Assembly (NCBI GenBank): GCA_046716885.1
Contig: JBKJWL010000051.1
Span: 6,489 to 70,488, forward strand
Length of the DNA: 64,000 bases
Source: Thermoanaerobaculia bacterium
GTDB taxonomy: Bacteria > Acidobacteriota > Thermoanaerobaculia > UBA5066 > Gp7-AA6
Reading direction: 5' to 3'
A program made the translations under genes and the position numbers. Positions 56,227 through 64,000 of the stretch are shown piece after piece. The notes under the pieces are model-generated. The model was not told the origin of the DNA. It saw only the letters and a program-made list of their open reading frames with translations, and made no database searches. Numbering within the stretch: position 1 is the stretch's first letter; each line of letters opens with the position of its first letter.

Positions 56227-59160
56227 TCAGAACGAGACGCGGGCTCCAAAGCGAATTACGCGCGGGCTCTGAATCTCCTTGATCTGGTTGGTTTCGGGCC
56301 TCCGGAGCCGATTGTAGCGCTGCAGGACGGTGTTGGAGTTGGCCACGTTGAACAGGTCGACGGCAACCGCCAGGTTGCCGGCGCCGAAGATCGGAATGAC
56401 CTTCTCGAGGCGGATGTCGAGCTCGTAGACGTTCTTGTACCGCTGGCTGTCGGTCGGGACGACCTGGACGTCGCGGTTGACCCCGTCACCCGCATTTATC
56501 CGCCGGAAGTAGTTCAACGGATAGCCCTGGCGCCCGAGGAAGCTCGCCGCGAAGTTGAAGTTCCAGGGGAGCTGATACATGCCGTTGACGTTGAACTGCC
56601 ATTTCGAGTTCAGGTAAACGCTGCTGTGGTTCCCGCTGCCGACCGAGCGCGCCGCCACGAGGTTGTCGTCGCGGCAGAGCTGCCCGTACGTGTTCGTCTG
56701 CACGTTCGTCGGGTCGACACAGCCATTCGGCCCGACCTGTTGCCTGTGGTTGTTGTAGCTGAACCACCCGCGCATCATCCAGCGGTTCGACAGGCGCTTG
56801 GTCACCGTGAAGTCGATGCCGTTGAAGGTTTGCTTGTAGTCCGGACGGTTTGTGTAGAAGAAACCGCGCGGGGTGCCGACCGTGTCGAGAACGCTGTCGA
56901 TGATCTTGTAATAGGACTCGGAGTAGGTGATCGGCGCGGTCGGATCGTCGGCGTTCGTGAGGACTCCCGCCAGCTCGTAATCCGCCCTCGTGAAGATCCT
57001 GTCCGTCGTCGAGTCGTAGGGTACGCCCCACGTAAAGTTCTTGAAGTTCCGGCGGGTGTAGGCCACGCCGACGGCGAGATTCGGCAGAAGCTCGTGGTCG
57101 ACGCCTACGATGAACTCGTCGGTCTTCGGCGCCGAAAAGTTCGGATCGAACCGGCTCGGCGAAGACGTGTCGCCCGGATTATCCGGGTTGACGTAGTACG
57201 CGTAGTACAGTCGGGAAAGGTCCACCTCGCCGGGCTGGACGAGCTGGTCGGCGTTGGCGTCGTTCCAGCCGTAGAACAGGTAAGAAGGATATCCGAGCGG
57301 GTTGTCGAGACCGATCGTCCCGGTCCCGAGGGTGGCCGTGTAGCGGGCGTAGCTCGCCTTGGCGACCGTATGCCGGTTCTGGCCGATCGCGTAGGTGATC
57401 CCGGCGCGCGGCTGCCAATCCGCCCACTCGAACTCTTTGCCCGTTCCCTGATAGTTCAGGTCGGGCAGCACCTCCGGAAAGGTCGGATTGCCGGGAGTGG
57501 ACCGGGGCAGGTTGGAGCCGAACTGCTTGTCCCAGCGCACACCGGCGTTGACGGTCAGACGGTCGACCGTGATCGTGTCGCCGGCGAACGCGCTCCAGTA
57601 CTTCCCCTGGACGCGGAAGCCCGAGTCGCGCGTGATGGCGGCGCAGCCGACGGCATCGCCGTCGGCGTTCAGGCAGTAGCCGTCATCGTGGCCGATCGTC
57701 TTGGCCGCGAGTCCACCCGAGCCATCGCCGGGCCAGCCGAAGAGCGAGTCGCCCTTCGTGGTCAGATAGCCGAATCCGGCCTTCAACTCGTGGCCGAGGT
57801 TGCCGGTGTTGAAGAAGAAGGACACGTCGCCTTTGACCTGCCGCTGCGGGCGGCTCGAGTCGAGAAAGTAGTAGCTGTTGTGGGCGGTGCCGTTGGCATC
57901 CCAGTAAAGCTGCGGCGCGAGGCCGCCCTGGGGGGTGAGCGTGAAGTCGCCGTCCTGGCCGTTGTACTGAATCGTCCCGAAGAGACTGGACGAGAAGACC
58001 TGGGAGTCCTGGAACTTCCACACGTTGGCGGGCGTGCCCTGGTTGGTCGTCGTCTCCTGAGAACGGTTGCTCCCCGCGCCACGGCCGAACTTCAGTTTGT
58101 CGGACCGCTGGAAGTAGATGTCGACGGAATTCGAGGGAAGGGGCTGAGCATTTATTTTGGCGTTGAAGTTCTCGAGGGTCGTCTTGTCGGTGCGACTGCC
58201 GGCCACGAGCAAGTCGATCTGGTTGCGACCGTAGGCGGCCCAGAGCCACAGTGCGTCCTTGATGATCGGGCCGCCCGCCTCCACGCCGTACTCCTGGACG
58301 CTCGTGATGAGGTTGCCGGCGCCCAGGCCGATCGACTGGGTCCGGGCCTCCTCGGGAACGTTGGTCCACTCGAAGTGGTCGCTGACGACGTTGACGCGCG
58401 CGGTCCCGTGCACTTCGTTCGTGCCGCGCTTGGTGATCATGTTGATGTGCGCGCCGTCGCCCGAGATCGACGGGTCGGCGCCGCCCGTGATGACCTGGAT
58501 CTCCTGGAAGGAGTCGAAGTCGTAGTACCCCGCCGAGGCGCCGAGAGCGGTCAGGTCTGTAAAGTTGATGCCGTCGACCGCGAAGCTGCCGCCGTTGGAG
58601 CCCTTCGAGGTGAACGTGGACTGCTGGCCGCTCTCGCTCCCCGCCACGTTCATCCGGTCGATCTGGATGCCGGGGACGCTCTGCAGGATGACCCACGGAT
58701 CGCGCGCGGTGGGGATGGACTTCAGCTCCTCGGGCGTGATCTGCGCGCCAAGCTCGTTTTTGCGCGTGGAGAGCAGCGGCTCCTCACCGGTCACCGTGAC
58801 GGAGGCGGCCACCGACGAGAGCTTGAGGGCGTCGGTGACCTGCGCCGGCCGTCCGAGGCTCACGACGACGTTCTCGCGGTTGACCGTCACGAAGCCGGCG
58901 ATCGCGAGGGTCACCGTGTATTTGCCCGGGGGGAGATTGAGGAAGCGATACTCTCCTCGAGCGTCGGTGATCTGGGACTGCGGACCCGCCGGGCCTTTCA
59001 ACGCGACGGAGACCCCGGGCAACGCACCCCCTTGCTCATCGGTCACCTTCCCGAAGACGCTGCCCACGTTCTCGCCGAACTGAGCCAGAACCGGAGAAGC
59101 GAGAAGCAGCATCGCGGCCAGAGCGATCGCCGAGCCGTAGAGCCGTAGAGCCTTCGGCAT
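56227..59160 (-). CDS. TonB-dependent receptor-like outer-membrane barrel with N-terminal CarboxypepD_reg domain
   Basis: ATG 59160 preceded by AAGGAGG (977 aa). Signal MPKALRLYGSAIALAAMLLLASPVLAQ. CarboxypepD_reg (GKVTDEQGGALPGVSVAL..TDARGEYRFLNLPPGKYTV). Plug (IPTARDPWVILQSVPGIQ). C-terminal barrel ending RFGARVSF. Confidence 0.85.
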   Translation of the reverse strand: MPKALRLYGSAIALAAMLLLASPVLAQFGENVGSVFGKVTDEQGGALPGVSVALKGPAGPQSQITDARGEYRFLNLPPGKYTVTLAIAGFVTVNRENVVVSLGRPAQVTDALKLSSVAASVTVTGEEPLLSTRKNELGAQITPEELKSIPTARDPWVILQSVPGIQIDRMNVAGSESGQQSTFTSKGSNGGSFAVDGINFTDLTALGASAGYYDFDSFQEIQVITGGADPSISGDGAHINMITKRGTNEVHGTARVNVVSDHFEWTNVPEEARTQSIGLGAGNLITSVQEYGVEAGGPIIKDALWLWAAYGRNQIDLLVAGSRTDKTTLENFNAKINAQPLPSNSVDIYFQRSDKLKFGRGAGSNRSQETTTNQGTPANVWKFQDSQVFSSSLFGTIQYNGQDGDFTLTPQGGLAPQLYWDANGTAHNSYYFLDSSRPQRQVKGDVSFFFNTGNLGHELKAGFGYLTTKGDSLFGWPGDGSGGLAAKTIGHDDGYCLNADGDAVGCAAITRDSGFRVQGKYWSAFAGDTITVDRLTVNAGVRWDKQFGSNLPRSTPGNPTFPEVLPDLNYQGTGKEFEWADWQPRAGITYAIGQNRHTVAKASYARYTATLGTGTIGLDNPLGYPSYLFYGWNDANADQLVQPGEVDLSRLYYAYYVNPDNPGDTSSPSRFDPNFSAPKTDEFIVGVDHELLPNLAVGVAYTRRNFKNFTWGVPYDSTTDRIFTRADYELAGVLTNADDPTAPITYSESYYKIIDSVLDTVGTPRGFFYTNRPDYKQTFNGIDFTVTKRLSNRWMMRGWFSYNNHRQQVGPNGCVDPTNVQTNTYGQLCRDDNLVAARSVGSGNHSSVYLNSKWQFNVNGMYQLPWNFNFAASFLGRQGYPLNYFRRINAGDGVNRDVQVVPTDSQRYKNVYELDIRLEKVIPIFGAGNLAVAVDLFNVANSNTVLQRYNRLRRPETNQIKEIQSPRVIRFGARVSF

Positions 59161-59171
59161 GGAACCCCTCC

Positions 59172-59186
59172 TTTCGAATTTCGAAA
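59172..59186. promoter_or_regulatory. Palindrome TTTCGAA-T-TTCGAAA abutting the SD of the TonB-dependent receptor gene
   Basis: Read directly. Two TTCGAA units form a 15-nt palindrome immediately upstream (minus sense) of AAGGAGG. Too tight for a hairpin, so a protein site is more likely. Confidence 0.3.
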
Positions 59187-59336
59187 CTCCGCGGAAATCT
59201 GGACCGAATAATTGGCTAGTTCTTGGAATAAAGCAAGAATGGAACCATGACACCCGCCCCGAGCGGCCTCGTCGGCCTCACGTCTAACTGCTTTGGGCGG
59301 TGCGACCTACGCGCGGCGACCGACGGAGCGTAACGA

Positions 59337-59352
59337 GACTGACCTGTCAGTC
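59337..59352. promoter_or_regulatory. Inverted repeat GACTGAC-CT-GTCAGTC upstream of the TonB-dependent receptor gene
   Basis: 7-bp perfect arms with a 2-nt spacer. About 180 nt upstream of ATG 59160 and about 40 nt downstream of the preceding stop at 59390. Candidate dimeric-regulator operator. Confidence 0.3.
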
Positions 59353-59389
59353 AATCGAGATTTCTAGATTCTGATCCACGAAAATGAAT

Positions 59390-61558
59390 TCATCCGGATT
59401 TTCGGGTTCCGAGCTTTCTTTTCCATTCCGCGGCCCCCTTCCGATCCCCGATCACCGACGAAACGTGGACGGCCGCCTCCAGGGCGCGTCGGCTCGGCAC
59501 GCGCGCGGTCATCTCAGTGAGGGCCTGCTGGAGGTCCGACAGACGCTGCTGGCTCGCATAGAGAAAGGCAAGGCGCTGCCAGGCGTCCAGGTTTTCCGGA
59601 AAATCGCGCAGCTCCGTTCGGAAGGCCTCCTCGGCCTCCTTCTCGCGCCCCATGAGCGCGAGGACGTCGGCGCGGGTGGCCTGCAGGCTGACGATCGGCT
59701 TCAGGTCGCCTGAGGCGCCCAGGCGGACGGCCTCCTCCAGATGGTCGAGAGCGGCCCGAAGATTGCCCGCCTGCTTCTCGATCGTGGCGAGCTGCAGAAG
59801 CGGGGCGCGGGAGGTCGGTCGCGCCTCGCGAGCCGCAAGGGCCTCCTTGCGAGCCGTGGCGAAGTCTCCCTCCCCCAGCGCGATCGCAGCAAGCTCAGGC
59901 TGAAGGTTCGCGGCGCCGGCGGCGCGGGCGGCCTCCGCGTAGAACCGGGCGTTTCGGAAGTCTTTCAGCTCCACCGAGAGATCGCAGAGGCCCAGCAGGA
60001 TCTGGGCCGCTCCAGGCGAGAGGCGGTCGGCCTGCCGGAGGGCTTCGCGGGCCTCCGCCGGCCGGCCCATCTTGCGCAGCGTGCGCGTCAGCGTCTCCCA
60101 GGTGTCGATCATCCGCGGGTTTTCCTTCGTGACGGCGCGCAAGACGGCGACCGCCTCCTCGTCGCGGTGCTGCGCGAGCAGAGTCCCGGCGTCCTTGAGA
60201 CGATCGATCGTGTGAATGCGGTCCTTGGGATCGGGAAGATCTTTGTCCGTCAGGTTCGGCGAGGCGGCGCCGATGTAGCCGAGCGCGGCGAGCTTCTTGA
60301 TCGCCTCCGGGTCGGTTGTCCCGGGGGCCTGCACGGGCCGGCTCATCGCCTGCAGGGCCAGGCGCATCGACCGAAAGGCCGGCGGCAGGCCGCCCGCCAG
60401 GTTGTCGGTTTCCGCCGGGTCCTTCACCCAGTCGTAGAGCTCGGGCTTCGGGGCTTCGATGTACTGATAGCGGTCGTCCGTCAGCGAGGCGAGATCGCTC
60501 CAGCCGAAGTGGAGGCGCGGATAGAGGGACTCGCTGTAGATGCGCCGAACCGCGGGCTGGCCGTCGAGGCCGAGAAGAGAGGTTCCGGGCAGCACGCGCG
60601 ACGGCTTTTCGCCGAGCGCGGCGAGCACGGTCGGAAAGACATCCACGATCCCGACGGGGACGGAAACCCGATACCCCGCCCGTGCGGACTCGGGGAGCTT
60701 GACGAAGAGCGGCACCCGAATCGTATCCCGGTACAGAAAAATGCCGTGCTCTCCCTCGCGGTGCGCGCCCAGACTCTCGCCGTGGTCGGAAAGGAACACG
60801 ACCAGGGCCCGATCGTAGAGCCCCTTGCTCTTGAGGAACCGGAGGAAGTCTCCGACGATCGCGTCCGTGGCGGCGATCTCACCGTCATAGGGCCTCGAGG
60901 TGTAACGGCTGTGGAACGGCTCGGGCGGCTCGTAAGGGCTGTGCGGCTCGTAGAGATGCAAGAAGGCAAACAGGGGCTTGTCGAGAGACTGCTTCTCGAT
61001 CCATCCCTCAAGGAGCCTCGCGGTCGACCCGCCCGATCGCTGGACGTGTCCCATGGCCTCCGCGAGGTTCCTGATCTCGAGCGCGTCGTCGTAGAAGTCG
61101 AAACCTTCGCCAATTCCGGTCGCCTTCTCGAGAACGACCGCCGAGATCGCTCCCCCGGTCGCGTAGCCACGATCGCGAAGCAGCGTCGCGAGCGTCGTGT
61201 GGTCCTTCGACAACCGATAGGACAGGTTGTCCCGGACACCGTTCTCGAAGGGCAGGAGGCCCGTGAAGAGCGCGGCGTGCGAAGGCAGCGTCAGCGGGAC
61301 GTGGGAGAGGGCGTTGTCGAAGACGATCGAGTCCTTGGCGAGGGCGTCGAGGACGGGAGTCTCGACGTCCTTGTAGCCGTAGACGGGGAGGTGATCGGCC
61401 CGGAGCGTGTCGACGACGATGAAGATGACCGGCGCCTTCGGAAACACAGCGGCGTCCCGCCGGCAGGCTGCCCCCCCGCCCACCGCGACGGCGATCGCCA
61501 GCGGGATCAGTCGCCGAAAGACTCGGCAAAAGGGGCTCGCCGGGGACGAGCGGATCAC
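59390..61558 (-). CDS. Sulfatase-fold hydrolase/transferase fused to C-terminal TPR repeats, paralogue 3
   Basis: 722 aa. GTG start overlapping the upstream stop (GTGA). VIFIVVDTLRADHLPVYGY, PLTLPSHAALFTG, FLSDHGESLGAHREGEHG. TPR tail. Confidence 0.8.
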   Translation of the reverse strand: MIRSSPASPFCRVFRRLIPLAIAVAVGGGAACRRDAAVFPKAPVIFIVVDTLRADHLPVYGYKDVETPVLDALAKDSIVFDNALSHVPLTLPSHAALFTGLLPFENGVRDNLSYRLSKDHTTLATLLRDRGYATGGAISAVVLEKATGIGEGFDFYDDALEIRNLAEAMGHVQRSGGSTARLLEGWIEKQSLDKPLFAFLHLYEPHSPYEPPEPFHSRYTSRPYDGEIAATDAIVGDFLRFLKSKGLYDRALVVFLSDHGESLGAHREGEHGIFLYRDTIRVPLFVKLPESARAGYRVSVPVGIVDVFPTVLAALGEKPSRVLPGTSLLGLDGQPAVRRIYSESLYPRLHFGWSDLASLTDDRYQYIEAPKPELYDWVKDPAETDNLAGGLPPAFRSMRLALQAMSRPVQAPGTTDPEAIKKLAALGYIGAASPNLTDKDLPDPKDRIHTIDRLKDAGTLLAQHRDEEAVAVLRAVTKENPRMIDTWETLTRTLRKMGRPAEAREALRQADRLSPGAAQILLGLCDLSVELKDFRNARFYAEAARAAGAANLQPELAAIALGEGDFATARKEALAAREARPTSRAPLLQLATIEKQAGNLRAALDHLEEAVRLGASGDLKPIVSLQATRADVLALMGREKEAEEAFRTELRDFPENLDAWQRLAFLYASQQRLSDLQQALTEMTARVPSRRALEAAVHVSSVIGDRKGAAEWKRKLGTRKSG

Positions 61559-62523
61559 GGAAGCGACTTGAGCAGCTCTTTGATTTCCTTGGCGTCCGCG
61601 CCATCCGGCGCGAGCTCGAGCGCCTTCTGCAGGTCCGCTTTGGCGCCGGCGTTCTTCTTTTGCTGGAGCCGGGACAGGCCGCGATAGTAATAGGCCTCGG
61701 CCAGGTCCGCCTTGATCGCGATCGCCTTGTCGAAGGCCGCTTCGGCTTCCGCGGGCTTCTTCTTGTTGACGAGCAGGATGCCGATGTTCAAGTACGGCTG
61801 CGGATCCGTGATCTTGTCGGCGGGGACCTTTTCGAGGGCGGCGAGACCGGCGTCGAGGTTGCCCCTCTGCAGCTCGATCTCGGCGATCATGCGCCAGGGC
61901 CCAAAGTCCGCGGGATCCTTCTCCGCCGCCATCCGCGCGTACCGGATCGCCTCATCCTCGTTGCCCTCGGCGAGGTAAGAGGCAGCCACGCGTTGGAGCA
62001 AGGGCCCGTGGTCCGGCAGCTCCGCCAGGGCCTTGACGTAATTCTCCCGCGCGGCGGCCCAGTTCTTTTCGTTCAAGGCGGCGTTCCCGGCCTCGATCGC
62101 CTCGGCCGTCGCCTGGGAGACTTTCTTGCCGGCGACCATGATGGCCTGCTCGCCCGGCCCGGCCTGGGATGGGGCGGCGGGCTCGAGCTGCACGTCGATC
62201 GCCGGGTTGCGCGAGGCCTCCGTGAGCTCGACCGAGATCTTCTTGGCCATGTATCCGGGCGCTTCGAAATCGACATCCCAGGGCCCGCCGACGAGGCCGA
62301 AGATCGCCCAGCGGCCCTTCTTGTCGGTCGTCAGGTCCGGGCCACCGCGCCCGCTCTTGCCCCAGCGCAGGGACACCTTGCAGCCTTCGATCGGCTCGCC
62401 CTTCTCGTTCTTGACGAGCCCGTCGACCCGGGCCTTGCCACCGCGCCACTCCTGGGCCAGAGCCGGGGAGGGGATCGTTGCCGCCGCGACGGCGGCAATC
62501 AAGAGAGTCGCGCGAAAACGCAT
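61555..62523 (-). CDS. Secreted protein: CarboxypepD_reg/Ig-like N-domain plus TPR repeats
   Basis: ATG 62523 preceded by GAGGAGG (322 aa). Signal MRFRATLLIAAVAAATIPSPALAQ. VDGLVKNEKGEPIEGCKVSL..TDKKGRWAIFGLVGGPWDV. TPR-like AEAYYYRGLSRLQQKK. The upstream 447 codons of track ORF 61555..63864 are a shadow of the amidase gene. Confidence 0.7.
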   Translation of the reverse strand: MRFRATLLIAAVAAATIPSPALAQEWRGGKARVDGLVKNEKGEPIEGCKVSLRWGKSGRGGPDLTTDKKGRWAIFGLVGGPWDVDFEAPGYMAKKISVELTEASRNPAIDVQLEPAAPSQAGPGEQAIMVAGKKVSQATAEAIEAGNAALNEKNWAAARENYVKALAELPDHGPLLQRVAASYLAEGNEDEAIRYARMAAEKDPADFGPWRMIAEIELQRGNLDAGLAALEKVPADKITDPQPYLNIGILLVNKKKPAEAEAAFDKAIAIKADLAEAYYYRGLSRLQQKKNAGAKADLQKALELAPDGADAKEIKELLKSLP

Positions 62524-62561
62524 CTTGCTCCTCCTCGAATCGGATGGAAAGTATATGGGAA

Positions 62562-64000
62562 TCAGCGCCGCTTCTTCGAGGCATCCCCGCCGTAGAAGTC
62601 GATCAGGGCCTCGACCAGAGCCTCGGCCACCCTTTCGCGGTAGGCCCGCGTGCGCAGCAGCCTCCGGTCGTCCGGGTTGTTCAAATTGCAGACCTCGACG
62701 AGCACGCGCGCGGGAATCCGGTTGTACCGCAGGATCGCCGGCACCCATTCCCGACCGCCCCGGATGACGTTGCGGCGCACGGGCTGGAACTCGTGAAGCG
62801 GGAGATCCGCTTTCCGAAAGGACCCGACGATCCGGTCGGCGAGATCCCGCGACACGCCCTCGGCCTCGATCCGCTCCTTGCGCGAGAAGGACACCCGGGG
62901 CGCCTCCCGCACCTCGCGGCGCGACGCGTACGGCTCGCCCTTCTTCCCGAAAGAGCCGGCCAGGAATTTCTCGCCGGGAACGTAGACCATCGTGCCGCGC
63001 ACGGCCGGGTGGAGGGAGTCCGCGTGCAGGGACACGAACACGATGCGGCCCTCGAGGCCCTCCTCCTTGCGGGCGCGCCGGGAGACCGCGTTGGCGAGAT
63101 ACCACCGGAGGTTGACGCCGACCACGGCGTCCTCGATCGGGTACGGCGGGGTGGTCAGCACCCGCGCGCTGCGGGTGTCCCCCACGGCGTCCGCCTCGGC
63201 GCGCGCACACGGGGCGTCCCGGTCGACCGTCCTGACCACGTGCCCGCGAGTCCGCGACCGGACCAGGCGTTCCACGCGGCAGGCGATGTCGTAGACGTAG
63301 GCCGCTTCCTGCAGGCCGTCTACGATCGCCCCGGTGTCGCGCCCGCCGTGCCCCGCATCGAGAACGAGGGTCACCCCTTCGAGGTCCTTGCTCTGAACCT
63401 TGTTGGCGAACTGCGACGCCTCGAGGCGAGCCTTCTCTTCCTCGATGCGCCCCGGGTCGTCGGCGGGCCGAAATTCGGGCGACAAATCGCCGACCGGGAT
63501 CTTGATCGGAAACCCGACAGGGATGGCGTGGACGTTGGAGATGCCGTTCCTCGCGGCGATCTCGGCGGCCTTGGCGTTGACGTCCTCGGCGTGCACACGG
63601 CCGGTGAAGCGCACGACGACCGCGGAGTAGAGCGCCTCGCCTCTCTGGAGACGGTAGATCGCGTAGCGCCCGAGCGCGTCCGACCCGTACTCGAGCGCGA
63701 GGGGCGTCTCGGCCGCCGGCGCCGCCGCGGCCACGGCCTCGCGGAACGACGGCGTCAGGAGCTTCGCCGGCACGACGACGCTCTGCCCTTCCTGGGTCTC
63801 GAGCGACGGGATCTTTTCGGCCTGCCGGATGAGACGATAGTTGGCACCGTCGCCCGTGAACCACTCCGCAATGCGCCAGAGGCTCTCGGGCTTGCCGGTG
63901 AGCGCGGCGACGCGATGCTGCCAGCCGGCGGGGAGCGCGCGGTCCTCGGGAAAGAGCGCCTCGATCGCGATCTTCTGGAAGTTGTCCGCGAGGAGGCGGT
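62562..64000 (-). CDS. N-acetylmuramoyl-L-alanine amidase (Amidase_3) with N-terminal LysM-like region; 5' end beyond the right edge
   Basis: The track starts it at GTG 63773, but the frame stays open to base 64000. Own translation upstream: ..GKPESLWRIAEWFTGDGANYRLIRQAEKIPSLETQEGQSVVVPAKLL (LysM-like). Catalytic domain VLDAGHGGRDTGA, VSLHADS, LVEVCNLNNPDD. Confidence 0.8.
   Translation of the reverse strand, partial: RLLADNFQKIAIEALFPEDRALPAGWQHRVAALTGKPESLWRIAEWFTGDGANYRLIRQAEKIPSLETQEGQSVVVPAKLLTPSFREAVAAAAPAAETPLALEYGSDALGRYAIYRLQRGEALYSAVVVRFTGRVHAEDVNAKAAEIAARNGISNVHAIPVGFPIKIPVGDLSPEFRPADDPGRIEEEKARLEASQFANKVQSKDLEGVTLVLDAGHGGRDTGAIVDGLQEAAYVYDIACRVERLVRSRTRGHVVRTVDRDAPCARAEADAVGDTRSARVLTTPPYPIEDAVVGVNLRWYLANAVSRRARKEEGLEGRIVFVSLHADSLHPAVRGTMVYVPGEKFLAGSFGKKGEPYASRREVREAPRVSFSRKERIEAEGVSRDLADRIVGSFRKADLPLHEFQPVRRNVIRGGREWVPAILRYNRIPARVLVEVCNLNNPDDRRLLRTRAYRERVAEALVEALIDFYGGDASKKRR

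Noticed and set aside
62524-63864. Upstream 447 codons of track ORF 61555..63864
   Set aside because: Junk composition, overlapping the amidase gene in another frame. The real gene starts at ATG 62523 with GAGGAGG and a signal peptide.

Overview
High-G+C bacterial chromosomal segment. My hand counts of typical 60-nt lines give about 70% G+C. It is almost fully coding, with about 50 protein genes and 4 tRNAs. I saw no rRNA, CRISPR array, transposase or integrase. The gene content (a VWFA-related Acidobacterial-type protein, a CarboxypepD_reg-type TonB-dependent barrel, many secreted TPR fusions) suggests an Acidobacteriota-like Gram-negative; this is inference only. Housekeeping blocks: korAB 2-oxoacid:ferredoxin oxidoreductase, def, a compact nuoB-nuoCD-nuoI set, a lexA/tRNA-Cys/tRNA-Leu/rnc array, thioredoxin-TPR plus dsbD, fdhD, an EF-G2-type paralogue, tkt-tal-zwf, a glycogen debranching enzyme and gpmI. 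Most unusual observations: (1) an LpxL-like acyltransferase / adenylate-forming ligase / PLP-decarboxylase operon appended to the nuo genes. (2) A Q-module-only nuo cluster. (3) An envelope gene neighbourhood at 43.7-64 kb. It holds three paralogous sulfatase-fold-TPR fusions whose sulfatase signature has Thr at the nucleophile position, plus a VWA protein, a gluzincin-TPR protein, a TonB-dependent barrel, a LysM amidase and a wHTH-FHA regulator paired with an MlaC-like-TM-TPR protein. (4) Two lower-G+C islets, one carrying a RelE/ParE toxin remnant and a C12 tract. (5) A 65-codon remnant of a glycosyltransferase between the debranching enzyme and gpmI. (6) An AT-rich lexA control region with a non-canonical palindrome and direct repeats. 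Many long ORFs in the supplied track are antisense or out-of-frame shadows typical of high-G+C DNA and were rejected.
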